A stretch of 64,000 nucleotides of DNA from Batkoa obscura. Lineage: Eukaryota. The stretch lies in NCBI GenBank assembly GCA_030770535.1, contig JASVEC010000018.1, positions 930,001 to 994,000 of the forward strand, read 5' to 3'. Positions 37,997 through 50,203 of this stretch are shown here, in pieces. Numbering within the stretch: the stretch's first letter is position 1; every line of letters starts with the position of its first letter. The notes below the pieces were generated by a model. That model did no database searches, was not told the DNA's origin, and saw only the letters and a program-made list of their open reading frames with translations. Both the position numbers and the translations under genes were made by a program.

Positions 37997-40481
37997 CTAC
38001 TGGTCATCTTTTCCAGTGTTATCTAATGTCATCAAATGTCTTAACGTTGGTCTACCATGGGGACAATTCCATGGCAATGGCAATGTACCTAAGTTTTGTA
38101 CAATTTGCTTCATCTTCCCATTTTTTAAAAAATCCCCAATCATAACCGATTTCCTACAAGCCATAGAAGCTAATTTCAAATCTAATTTACTACCTTTAAA
38201 TGCTAACCCATTTTCAAATTGAATAATTTTCTTTTTTTTAGCTGTATTGTCTTCAATCGGATTCATTGTTAAATTATGAATTAATTGTTCTAAATCTTCA
38301 ATTTCAAAATTTACTTTATTACTTATTGGTATTGAAATCAATTCTAATCTTTTGCCTGGTTCATTCGATTCTTTATATGTTATTTGATATCCTTGTTTAG
38401 ATAAATAATTTAAATTTTCTATTGCTATCAATTCATCTGTGATAGGTAATTGCAATTTCTTTGGTACAGCTAAACGTTGACGTGGTATCTGTTCTGTAAT
38501 TGAATGATGTAATTTAGTATAATTATAAATTTCATCAGCTGCATGTTGATCAATTATAAATAATTCATTTTGTAATTTAGTAATAATAAAACCTAAATTA
38601 AATTGACCGATGATTTCCATTGAATTAAAATCTTTTTTAGGATCAATATTAAAGTGATTTGATAATTCAATTTCTTGTTTAATTTTTAATATATTCTCTT
38701 TAATCTCCTCTTCTATTATTTCTTCTTTTTCTTCATCATTAAAAGAATATTTAGTTAAATCTTCCATATTCCAGTTTAATACCAATGCACTATCGTTATT
38801 TATATAAATTTCTTTAGTTATAGTAAGCTCATCTAAGATATCCGTTGTTTCTCTAGTTACAAATGAACTTGAATCATATGGCACTATAGTATGTGTTTTA
38901 TTAACTGTATTATTATTATTTATTATTATTATTTGAATCTTGAAGTGTTAATTCTATATGCTCTTCTTTAATTCGTTTCCTTGTATACTCTAAACTTTTA
39001 TTAGCTTCAGTCTGATTGCTTAAAGTAGATAATTCATTGTTATCATTATTATTAACTAACACTCTATATATTCAGAGGTGCTATATAATTATTATTATTA
39101 TTATTATTATTATCATTCAATGAAATATCTTTAGATTCTCTTTTTATACCATTAATATTTATATATTCTCGATTATTACAATCTGCTTTATTTAAACTTA
39201 AATTTAATGATGGATTATTATTCTCTATCAATCTCTCTGTTGTAATAACAAAATCTTTAATAGTATTATCCTTTTTGATCTCATTATTATCATTTGTATC
39301 CTTATTTAATCGTTTACCATTTTCTTTCAAACTATTAATGGAATTATTAATGGGTATATTTGCTTGTTCACTATCTAATAATTCACAACATTGCTGTTTA
39401 ATTTGAATTAATATTTCATTTTCATGATGTAACAAAATTGTTCTTTTATCAGGTGTTAAATTCACATCATATTGATTTGGATTAATAATTAAATTACCGA
39501 TTAAAATCGGATATCGATTAGAATATCTTAATTTATAAATATCATTAATCATTTTAGTTAATTTAATTAAATGACAAGGTCGTTGATTAATATAAATAAA
39601 TTGTCTATCTGATGTAGTCCTACCTGCCCCATTAATAGTTTTAGATAAAATACCTTCAAATTGTACTTGAATTATTTCTTTTTCTTTTTCTTCTTCTTTT
39701 TCTTCTTTTAATTCAAATGAAAATTTAAACTTAGTAAAATAATTTAAATTAACTGCTCCAAATAAACTAGTATAATTAAGCATTAAATCATTCCCGTTTT
39801 TTGTTAATAAAACTAAACTTTGTTTTCCTTTAGCATCTATATTAGTTACTTTAAACCTAATATTTGTATTAATTAATGCGTATATTTGAATCAATTGTAA
39901 TCCTTTTGTGTATGCTTTTTTAATATTCCTTAATAAATCTTTATATCTAACTGGAAACCTTTTAAATAAATTAGTTACTTTAACTGTTGTACCTTTTTCC
40001 TTGATGTCACTTGAGTCTCCATAATATTTCCTAAGCTATCAAAAGTAAGTTGAAACCCTTTGGAACTTACTCTGCATCAACACTAGTAATTAAACTGATA
40101 TCTGCAACAGAACATAAAGAATTAAAAGCTTCACCACGAAACCCAAGTGATTGAATATTTAATATATCTTCAAAATCTTTTAATTTGGATGTGGAATGAC
40201 GTTGTCCAATAGTATCAAAATTGCTTTCTTCAATACCACTAACCATCATCTGAAATTTCAATGGAATTTAAACCATTATCTTTAAAATGAATTTCTATTG
40301 ATTTTAAATAAATAAAAAAATATAAAATAGAAAGTCAATTTAATAATTAATAATTACCAATATTTTTAGCATCAATTGAGTTTTCAATTAATTCTTTTAA
40401 TGCGGAACTCATATCTAATATAACTTGACCTGAACATAATTTATTGATAGATCGTTTATCAAGGTGATGAAGTTGACTCAT
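37997..40481 (-). pseudogene. PMS1: MutL homologue PMS1/PMS2 with multiple frame disruptions (pseudogene or assembly errors)
   Basis: CSGQVI...ALKELIENSIDA, TSKL, LGFRGEA, GTTV, DVNLTPDKRTILLH, IIGQFNLGFI, DQHAADE, ACRKSVMIG, WNCPHGRPT; disruptions near 40241, 40067, 40055, 39995, 39065 and 38920. Confidence 0.8.
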
Positions 40482-40731
40482 TAATTGAAATGAAGATAAT
40501 TATGCAAATAATAAGATGCGAAAAATTGAATTTTTTAAAATAAAAGAAATGAAAAGATAAAATTCAATTTAAAATTTTTGAAATTTTACTAATTTAGAAG
40601 CAATCATTTTAAAAGTTAAATTCTTAAATAAAATTAGGACTTAGAATTTTAATGAACTTTTTTTGTTTTTATTTATTTATTTTTAAAATAATTAAATTTT
40701 AAAACTTTTAACTTTCAAATATTTTAATAAA

Positions 40732-41453
40732 ATGTTATCGAATGTTCATGCTGATGGAGGTACATTAAGTTATTTATATTATTACTTTATTAAAATTCAA
40801 TTAAGTAAGAAGTAATTTTGTGGAAGGTTCCATTTGGTTAGAATATTATGGTTATTTTTTATATGTAATAACTAAACTTGGTTTTGGTAAATTCAATTAA
40901 ATATAATAATAATAATAATAATAATGTAATTACTTTGTTATATATTAGCTATTTACTTTATATGGGCTTTTGTACCAGATAAGATTCTTGAGGAATTTAA
41001 AATTACTTATTATCCATCAAAGTAAGTTTAATAATTTAACTTATTTCTTGTTTTATTATTATATTATATTATATTATATTATATTATATTATATTATTAA
41101 AATAAGATATTAATTTAATTTAATTTGACTTTTCATTTGTTTAGATATTGGTCTTTAGCTATTCCGGCTTTTTCCACTATTTTTTGTGTTTATTTTTATA
41201 TCTTATTTTTAGGCTATATCTTGCTGAAAACTCCAAGTTTTGATAATATTAATTACTTGACAGGTAAATATAAAATCATGTTCAATCAATCACTCAATTA
41301 TATATTTATATTTATATTTATAAACTAATAATACTAAATTAATTAGATTCCCAAGCAGTAGTAATTTATGAACCAAAATATTGTTGTAGTGAAAATTCAA
41401 GTGAAATTCATGATATTAGTATGGAAATTGTAAATAAATGTTGTTACTATTAA
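40732..41453 (+). CDS. GPI19: GPI-GlcNAc transferase subunit PIG-P/Gpi19, 4 introns
   Basis: EYYGYFLY...YFIWAFVPD...ITYYPSKYWSLAIP...TPSFDN. Confidence 0.85.
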
Positions 41454-41574
41454 ATAAAAATAAAAATAATAAATTAAATTAAAAAATAAATTAAATAATT
41501 TCAATTGTATAAATTGACTCTATAAAAAATAATTTTATTAATATATAACTTGTTGTTTTTTCTTTTACTTTGAT

Positions 41575-44235
41575 TTAAATCAGTCGATACATTTCAATTT
41601 GATATTTATTATTATTGTTATTCTCCACTTTTTTAAACCTCTTTGTAACTGGTTGTTGATTTTCAATTAACTTATCAATCCCATTAAGCTTTGTATCTTT
41701 ATTTTTATTGATTTTAATATTCTTTTTATTCTCCTTATTATTAGTTTCTAACAAACTTTGATTTTCATGATGATATAGCATAGCAATAGGTTCAAACCCG
41801 ATAAAACTCTTTAAATTATTTAATCTAGATCGTACCATTTTTTGAGTTTTAAAAAGTAAGTGAGTAAATTGAGGAGAAGATACAATAGTAGTAAAATGTA
41901 CATCTAATATAGCAGTAAATAATTCATATATCTATAATAATAATCAATAATTAATAATAACTAATAGTATTTTAAATTAAACTTACCTTAATAAAACTAG
42001 TAGAGGGTGACCATAACATATTAATATTGGTACCATTTCTTTTTAATAAATCACTTAATAAACTTAATAATTGAAAACTTCTTTATCATTTAAATATTTC
42101 AATGAAAAGATTAATAATTTTGAATCAAAATTAAATTCCAATATTTTCATTAAATAAGTTTCTAATATTAAATTTAACTTTTCAATAGTTTCAATTTTCT
42201 TTTCTTTTTCTTCTAAATAAATTTCATGAATTGCTTTTAATAAGATTACTATTTCTTCTTCAGATATATCTTTAACTGATAATAATGAATATTGAATATT
42301 GAACCAATCTTGTCGTTCAATCAAATAAGGTAATAATCCACCATAATTAGTTTTAAAAGTGGATGATGTAATTTTAGAGCCATAAATCAATTGAAACATA
42401 ATTTTAGGTGAATAATTTTCAAAATCAACTTGATTATTTTGTTTTGAACTCATTTTTTCAATTAATGATGATATATATCTTGGTGGTAATAAATTTAATA
42501 TTGTATTTTCATCCTATTAAATTAATGTTAATATTTAATACATTTAATATATTTAATATGTATATATACTATATACTTACTTGATAAGATGAAGTTATTT
42601 CTTCAAAATAGTGATGATCTTTAATAATATACCAGTTATTACGATATTTGTTCAAATATTCTTTATAACTTAAAACAGTATCTTCAATTTTAGATTGATT
42701 ATCTTTATATTCTCCTAAATAAAAAGTAGATTCATTATCTAGTAATATGTAAATTATTAGTTATTAATTATTATTAATTATTAATTATTAATTTACCTTT
42801 TGATTTAATTAACAATTCATTTTTTTCATTAAGAATACTTTTAATTGACTTTTTATTAGTATCATTTTTATCAAATGAAAAATATTGTAAATGATTTAAA
42901 AATGTTAATTCAATATTATCACTAGTTTCAATTTGTTGTGTTAATTTTAAAATTAAATCTTCTGGATAAGATATTTGACATAAATTAGAATCCTATAAAC
43001 AAAAATAATTAACGTTAACATATCCTATTGTATATTATATTATTATAACTTACAATAACCGTAATTGGAATAAAATTAGGAGGATAAACTAATTGAATAG
43101 ATTCATTCGTATTTTTAGATTGTAAATATTTAAATGTAATATTTAATCGATTCATAGATGATAATAAATTACTATTAGCTGGACAAATAAATGGAGTTAA
43201 TACAATTTCAACAGAACTTTGAAACAGTTCAGCAGTTTTAAAAGAAGTAGATGGTAAACTACGATAATCTAAAGAAGATATTATCATATTTTTATGATTG
43301 ATTTTACCAAGCTAAATTAAGTTAAAATAGTTTAATAATTTAATAATTTAATAATTAAAATTATTCTATTCTATTATTATTATCATATTAATTTACCTGA
43401 CAATGAAAATGACTCTTTTTTCCTTTATTGGAAAAATTAACTGAATTGATTTCAGAGATATAAGTTTCATAAACAACTACACTTAATTGAATATCCCAAA
43501 GTATTAATTTAGATTTAATTGTATCTAAATAAAATAGAAATTAATTAATAATATTAATAATTAATAATATTAAATAATTAACAATATTTACTTGAATCTT
43601 CATCAATATCATAACCTAACATTAATAAATGATCCTTGGATAAAAAAGTAATAGGTGGTAATGAAGCAATTAAACCTGAAACAATAGATTTATCTGGTTG
43701 AATATTTTGTAATTTTAAATTTAATATATTTAAATTATTTAATGAAATTGGTAATTCATTATTATTTATATTATCATTAATTGATAATTGAAAACAATTT
43801 AAATTAAAATTATTATCTAAAATAGATAATCGACCAGAAGAATAATCAAATGTTATAGATTTACTTAATGTACTCTATAATAAAAAATAAATTAATTTAA
43901 TTTATATTTATAATAAATAATATAATAAATAATATAATATAATAAATAATATAATATAATAAATAATATAATATAATAAATAATATAATATAATAAATAA
44001 TATAATATACAATTACCTTTAAATTCAATTCACTTTGACCAATTAACTTTAAATCAATCCTATTATTAACATTATTAATACCAATGATATTAATACATTC
44101 ATTGTCATTATGATTAGTTAATAAAAATAAATAACTATTAAATTCCATTGATAAGGAATTAGTTAAAAATTCTGCTTTTTTAATATCACAACTATCCGAC
44201 CATACTATCTTATCTTTAATACTAAATTAATGGAA

Positions 44236-44285
<50 letters not shown>

Positions 44286-45143
44286 TCTAATTCAACAATA
44301 ACTTTAGATAATAATGAATTATATAATTTGATTTGTCCATCTTTAAATACAATTAAACAACCATCATTAATACCATATTCATAACCTAAAGGATAAATAT
44401 CTTGGATCGGTTTATCAAACTATAATTTAATAATAATAGAAATTAATTGATTAATTAATTAATATATAATACTTATTATTATTATAAACTTAATATTCTT
44501 ACTTTAACTTCGATTTTTTTAGCATTTTCTTTCCAAATCCATACAATTTGACTTTCATTATTTTTAATTTGATGTTGGTTTTTATTACTATTTTTAGTAT
44601 TCATACTAACTTGAGCATAAAGATAATAACCCAAATCTAAGATTTGAAAATCTTTGGTATTAATTAATGAAGATAATTCAGTCTCTACTCCACTTTCACT
44701 ACCAACTTCATTAACTCCATTAACTATACTATTTTCTAATGATTTCTTTTGTTGATGATTATTAGATATTGGTACCTTATTTGCTTTAGTATTTTGTCCA
44801 TTAATTTTAATTTTAGCTGAGCCAATTAAAGATACATTCGTTGGTATAGCCCAAGAATTAATATGTTGTTGTTGGGTTACCTAAAAATGAAATAAATCAA
44901 AATAAATTAAATTATTTGAATACAAATTAATAACAACAATCTACTCACTTCATAAAGATGAATGCCTTCACCTGGTACCGTAGCTAAAATTAAACTTGGA
45001 TTTTCTTTAGGTTTTTTATTAAAATAAGTGGGTTCCGAAAATAAAGTATTAATAACATCTTCCTCATTTTGTTTTGTGTTGGTTTTATTTTCAATTTTAT
45101 ATTGAGCTAATTGAAAACTGGAATCTAATTGTATTAAACTCAT
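41575..45143 (-). CDS. Large multi-exon protein, probable Utp8/NOL11-like SSU processome component
   Basis: Many GT-AG introns link ORF pieces; VPGEGIHLYE...NSWAIP N-terminus, ILDVHFTTIV and KYQIE C-terminus; family call tentative. Confidence 0.5.
43915..43995. repeat. Intronic AATAT/AATAA low-complexity tandem repeat
   Basis: Direct inspection. Confidence 0.7.
44236..44284. repeat. (ATT)16 microsatellite, intronic
   Basis: Perfect trinucleotide run making up most of a GT...AG intron on the minus strand. Confidence 0.85.
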
Positions 45144-45318
45144 TTTTAATCTAGTTTAAAAAGATAAAAAATTTGAAATTAATATTCAATAAAATGAATA
45201 AATTATTTTATATGATTATTAAATTTGGGCCTATTTTAGTAGAGCTTTCTATTTTTGGAAAGTAAGTTAACAAAATCCAAAAATTATGGGATTTTAGAAT
45301 CTATTAATAGTTAAATTA

Positions 45319-46845
45319 ATGGAAATTGAAATCTTAGTTTTATTTTCAATGTCACCTTATGAAGAAAAATTTAAAAGGAATTTAATAATGGAAGAAAATC
45401 AAGAAGTTATTAATTATGAAATGAACCAAAATACCACTTACAAACATTCTCAAAATAATCAAAGTATTAAAATGACTATGTTACAGCCAAAGTTACCTTA
45501 TCCAAAGTTAATAAAACAAGTAAATTATTTAAGAGAATTTAATACACTTCCAGAATTTCTAAATGATGTTAAGTTATTGAAACAAAAGGTAATATTTTTG
45601 TTTTAACTTATATAATAATAATAATAATTAAACAATATATATAAACATAGATATTATTAGAACCAAAAAAAATTAATATATTTGATTTTGATCAAACTTT
45701 ATTTCGTTCACCATTACCTAATGTTAAATTATGGGATGCTGAAATGAGAGGTTATTTAATTAATGAAGAATTTGGTTGGTTTCAAAACAAAGATACTTTA
45801 TCAATAGAAAATATGATACCTTTAAATCATTGGTTTATTGAATCAACAGTAGGTAATATTTATTTTTATTTTTATATTCATTTTATTTTTATTTTTATTT
45901 TTATTAATAAATTAATTTTAAATAGAGAAAGTAAAAGCTTCTTTAAAGGATCCTTATACATTAACTATTTTATTAACAGGAAGAAATCGAGAAATATTTT
46001 TAGATATTATTCAAACTATTGTTAAAGAAGTTAATTTGGATTTCGATTTAGTAATACTTAAAGAAACATTATATAATAGTATTATTAAAAAAAAAGTATC
46101 AACAATGGAATTCAAAAAATTATTTATTAATGAATTAATTAATACATTTCCATCCGTTAACACATTAATTATGTATGATGATCGAATCAAACATATAACT
46201 GAATTTGAAATCTTTTTAAAACAAATTGAACAAAGTTATCAAAATATACAATCCACAATGATTCATTTAGTACAATCCAATTTAAAACATTTAGATATCA
46301 ATTATGAACAACAATTAGTACAGAATATACTAAATAGAATTAATTCTAATCCTATATTATTTCGAAAAAAAAAGAATCTCTATCCAAAAAGAATTGAATT
46401 AACACAAAGAATACAATATTTAGCTATAACTTTCGATGATTCAATATCAAAACAAATTTATACAACATTTTTAAAACATTTATTTATTAACAAAGAATGG
46501 TTGATTAGTGGAGATCATATAACTATATGTTTAGGTTGTGCTTCAGAATATAAATTAAATTTAATGAATTTAAAATTAAATCAAGAAATTCAAATTGAAA
46601 TTATCGGTTATCGACTATTTCGACAATCTATGATAGCATTGAAAGTAGATACTCAACCTAAAATTCAATTAAAAAACAATCGTCCATTACATATTACTTT
46701 ATGTTATGATCCAAATAAAATTAAACCTAAAGATGCAGGAGACATTCGTAACTGGGCTTATTGTAAAAATAATAAAATATTGAATTTAAAGTTTATTGGC
46801 AAGATACAACATGTGTATAAGAATGCATTAACATTTATTTATTAA
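45319..46845 (+). CDS. HAD-family (Swiss-Army-Knife RNA-repair-like) phosphatase fused to a 2H-phosphoesterase-like domain, 2 introns
   Basis: IFDFDQTLFRSPLPN..LW, LLTGR, MYDDR; two HIT[I/L] motifs; start codon uncertain (45319/45348/45388). Confidence 0.75.
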
Positions 46846-47454
46846 TAATATGAATGAGTCGAGAAATAAATAGTAAATGTAGTTAATTATGATTGAAATT
46901 CGTGTATGATGATATTATTTAAATAAATAAAAGAGTTTTATTAACAACTTAATCTATTTTAAATTCAACTAAAATAATTTTAACACTGTTTAGTATCCCA
47001 ACAGTTAATAAAATCAACCTCAATATCATTTTACTGATACACTTGATTATCCTTAATAATTTTAATAACTTTAATAATTATTATATTAATGTTACATTAA
47101 GAAAAGTAGTTAATATATTATCATTGAAACAAACAAAAACAGATAAACAATTTGGACTATTTTTCTAATTTAATAATACTTTATTTTAATTCTATGTTTT
47201 TTATTAAAGTAAGTAATATCATATTGATAAAGTAAACAAACCTTTATTAAATATCATGATTGATTACATCTTTATTAATTTCATAATAATATATTCGTTT
47301 TTGGAAATAAATAATGAAGATAAAGATTCTAAGTAAAAGAATATTGAAAATTGAATCCTTCTTTTAGGTGAATTGAATTTAATAAGAAACTATAACCTTA
47401 ATGATTTTTTATATGCTTTTATAATTGTTTCTTTATTAAAAGTGGATAATATAT

Positions 47455-47553
47455 GAGAATGTTTTTTTGACTTCATCACCCTTTCCATTTTTTTAAGCAC
47501 TATTTGAGTAGAAAAATTGTTAGTAAAATTCTTAAATACAAAAATATATCCCC
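47455..47553 (+). mobile_element. MITE copy
   Basis: GAGAATGT...ATATCCCC; ATAT TSD. Confidence 0.85.
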
Positions 47554-47896
47554 ATATTAATTTTATATATTTTTAATAATGGATTTTATAATCTACCAAG
47601 TTTGTTTACATTATCTAACAACTTATATTAATATATAAGGATATATTTAATTATAATTATGAATCCTATACCATTCTAAATATTATACATAATTTATACT
47701 ACCAAAATTGAAACTATAATGATTACATAAAATTTTAAAATAAAGCCAAAAGATTTATACTTTTATAAACAAAATAATTTTATACAATTTTTGTCTATTT
47801 AAAATACAATCTAAACTTCAATAATGCAAATAGTATTAACAAATTATATGCTATTTATTTAACTATTATAAAACTTATAAACAAACTCTTATTTCT

Positions 47897-48292
47897 TTAA
47901 GCTTGAGCAAAGCTCCCACGGCAGAATTTACCATCCCCACGACTAATACAAGTAAATTTAAAGCTATCTTTTTGATAAACTTCACTGTTATTAGAAGTTT
48001 CAATGGTAGCACCATCGGTACTACAGTCAACGATAGAAGCAGATAAAGTATTATCATTAGAATGGACTAACCCGTTTGAACAAGATTGACCTTTTGCTGA
48101 GTTTTTAGCATCACATTTTAATTCAATTTGTTGATCAAGATAAGTAGCGGTACAATAACAGGATAAACTTACACCTTGATTGATATCATGATTAATAACA
48201 GATTCAGTGGATTGACAAAAATAATTCCATTTTTGAGCAAAGGTAGTGGAGATGAAGATAGTAGTTAAAAGGGTACTGAAGATTTTAGTCAT
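47897..48292 (-). CDS. Small secreted 8-Cys protein (family member A)
   Basis: Signal peptide ending TTFA; 8 Cys; paralogue of 52314-52706; TATATAAA 48 bp upstream. Confidence 0.85.
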   Translation of the reverse strand: MTKIFSTLLTTIFISTTFAQKWNYFCQSTESVINHDINQGVSLSCYCTATYLDQQIELKCDAKNSAKGQSCSNGLVHSNDNTLSASIVDCSTDGATIETSNNSEVYQKDSFKFTCISRGDGKFCRGSFAQA

Positions 48293-49704
48293 TTTTTGAA
48301 TATTTGAATTGGATAATGATATCTAAGTTTTGATTATTCTTTATATACTTTCATAGAGATATTTAGTAATTGTAAAATGGATCTAATTTTTAAAAGCACT
48401 AAGGTATTTTTAGATTCAAGTTAATTTTGTGATAAAAATAAACTTTTAATTCCATTAGTTTAATCATTATAGTTTCTATATTAATATTAAACACTTTAAA
48501 AATTAGTTATTATAATATATAAGAACTATTATTATTATATGTATTATATTATCTACTATTTATAAATGAAAAGAATCTAATTATAATTATTTACTAGTTG
48601 ATGTCCTTTATTTTAAGCGTTTTTTTTGAACTTTAAGTAAAATCTAATTCAACTTTAGGCTAAAAATAAATTTAATTATTAAGAAATCGAGGATAAGTTA
48701 AGTGACTTTCTAAATATGGAAATATCATTTTTTAAAATTACTGTAATAATAAAATGGAACGTAATGATTTAACCCTACTTTATGTTATAATCGATTAAGT
48801 TGAGAGGCTTTTAATACTTCGAATTACCTATAAGTGTCATTTAAATAAAGCCTGGCCTTAGCACATAATTAGTTGCAAGTAATTTAATATCAAACATGAA
48901 ATAGTATCATTGTGATTTAATATAGATTTGATGATTTTGCTGTAATAAATCAATATATAATAATTTGTCATTATTATTAGTCAAATAATAACAGTCATCA
49001 TCAGCTTTAAATAGAAGCTTAATAAACTTTAAAATTACTCCGAAATCTTCAGTAAATCTAGTAGCCTTAAAATATTAAATATTCCTATGAGTTTTTTTAT
49101 TTTTATTAATGAAAAAATTAACAGATGTTATCAGTTGTAGAAGTAAATCTTTTTTATCTAAAAGCAAAAATAGTTCGGTATTAAGTAGAATTCATTCTAA
49201 TATTACATCCATCTACTACTTTGAGTTGATTTAAAAAAGTAAAGCAGTTTATAGGAATACTTAATAAGTTTTCAAAATGAGCACAAAGTTTATTGAGACT
49301 GTATTGGTACTTTGAGAATATCGATATTCTTTAGTAGTGCAATAGGAGTAGACGTGCTTTAAATAAATATTAGAAAAGTAGCTATAACTACATAGTAAGT
49401 AAGAGTTTATATCAGTTTTTAAACAACTATAACTAAAAGAGATACAAATGTTAACATACAAAAATCAGCACAAAAGTTTGCCTTATGTCTATATTGTTAC
49501 GCTTTTTATTAGTATTGTTATGAGATATCAAACTATTAATAATTTAATAAAAATATGCATTTGAATCATTTGAAAATTAGTTTAAATTAAAAAATTACCA
49601 CTTTTCACGTTTTTGTTAATACATGATAATATAAACTAATCTTATTATATCATGCTTTTTAGGGATGAACACTATTAAGAAGCTAATTCTAAACTTTAAT
49701 ATAT

Positions 49705-49802
49705 GAGGAAGTATTTTTGTATTTAAGAACTTTACTAACAAATTTTCCACTCAAATAATGCTTAAAAGATGGAAAAAGTGATAAAGTCAAAAAAACATCA
49801 CC
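49705..49802 (-). mobile_element. MITE copy
   Basis: GAGGAAGTAT...ACATCACC; ATAT TSD. Confidence 0.85.
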
Positions 49803-50060
49803 ATATTAAGTTACAAATAAATTTTCAAAAAATTGTATATAAGCTAATAGCAGCTATTGAAGTTTAATTGTGCAGCATCTAGTTGCTTATTTAAACTTTA
49901 AAATTAACCCAAAATTGACTGAAATTCAAATGGAAATTTAACAAATTTTTTTTCGCCATACTTCAAAAACGCAGTTTGTAAATTAACTCTGGTTTCATAA
50001 ATTTTCTATAATAATTTCAATTGACAAGTTGTTTTTATACTGTTGAATTTAGTGGTAATC

Positions 50061-50203
50061 AGTAGTTTACCACTGGGCTAAAATGATTGGTTGATTCCAA
50101 TTAACAGAAATTGGACTCTGACCCCAGTCCCATACATTAATATATATGAGCTATTCTATTTAATAACTCTCCCTTAATCATTTTAACCCACTGGTAAACC
50201 ACT
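50061..50203. repeat. 28-bp imperfect inverted repeat pair, possible second MITE family
   Basis: AGTAGTTTACCACTGGGCTAAAATGATT versus the reverse complement of 50176-50203: 3 mismatches. Confidence 0.6.

Noticed and set aside
43897..44148. ORF with YYIIYYIILFII tail
   Set aside because: Tail is translation of an intronic AT repeat; the front part is an exon of the 41575-45143 gene
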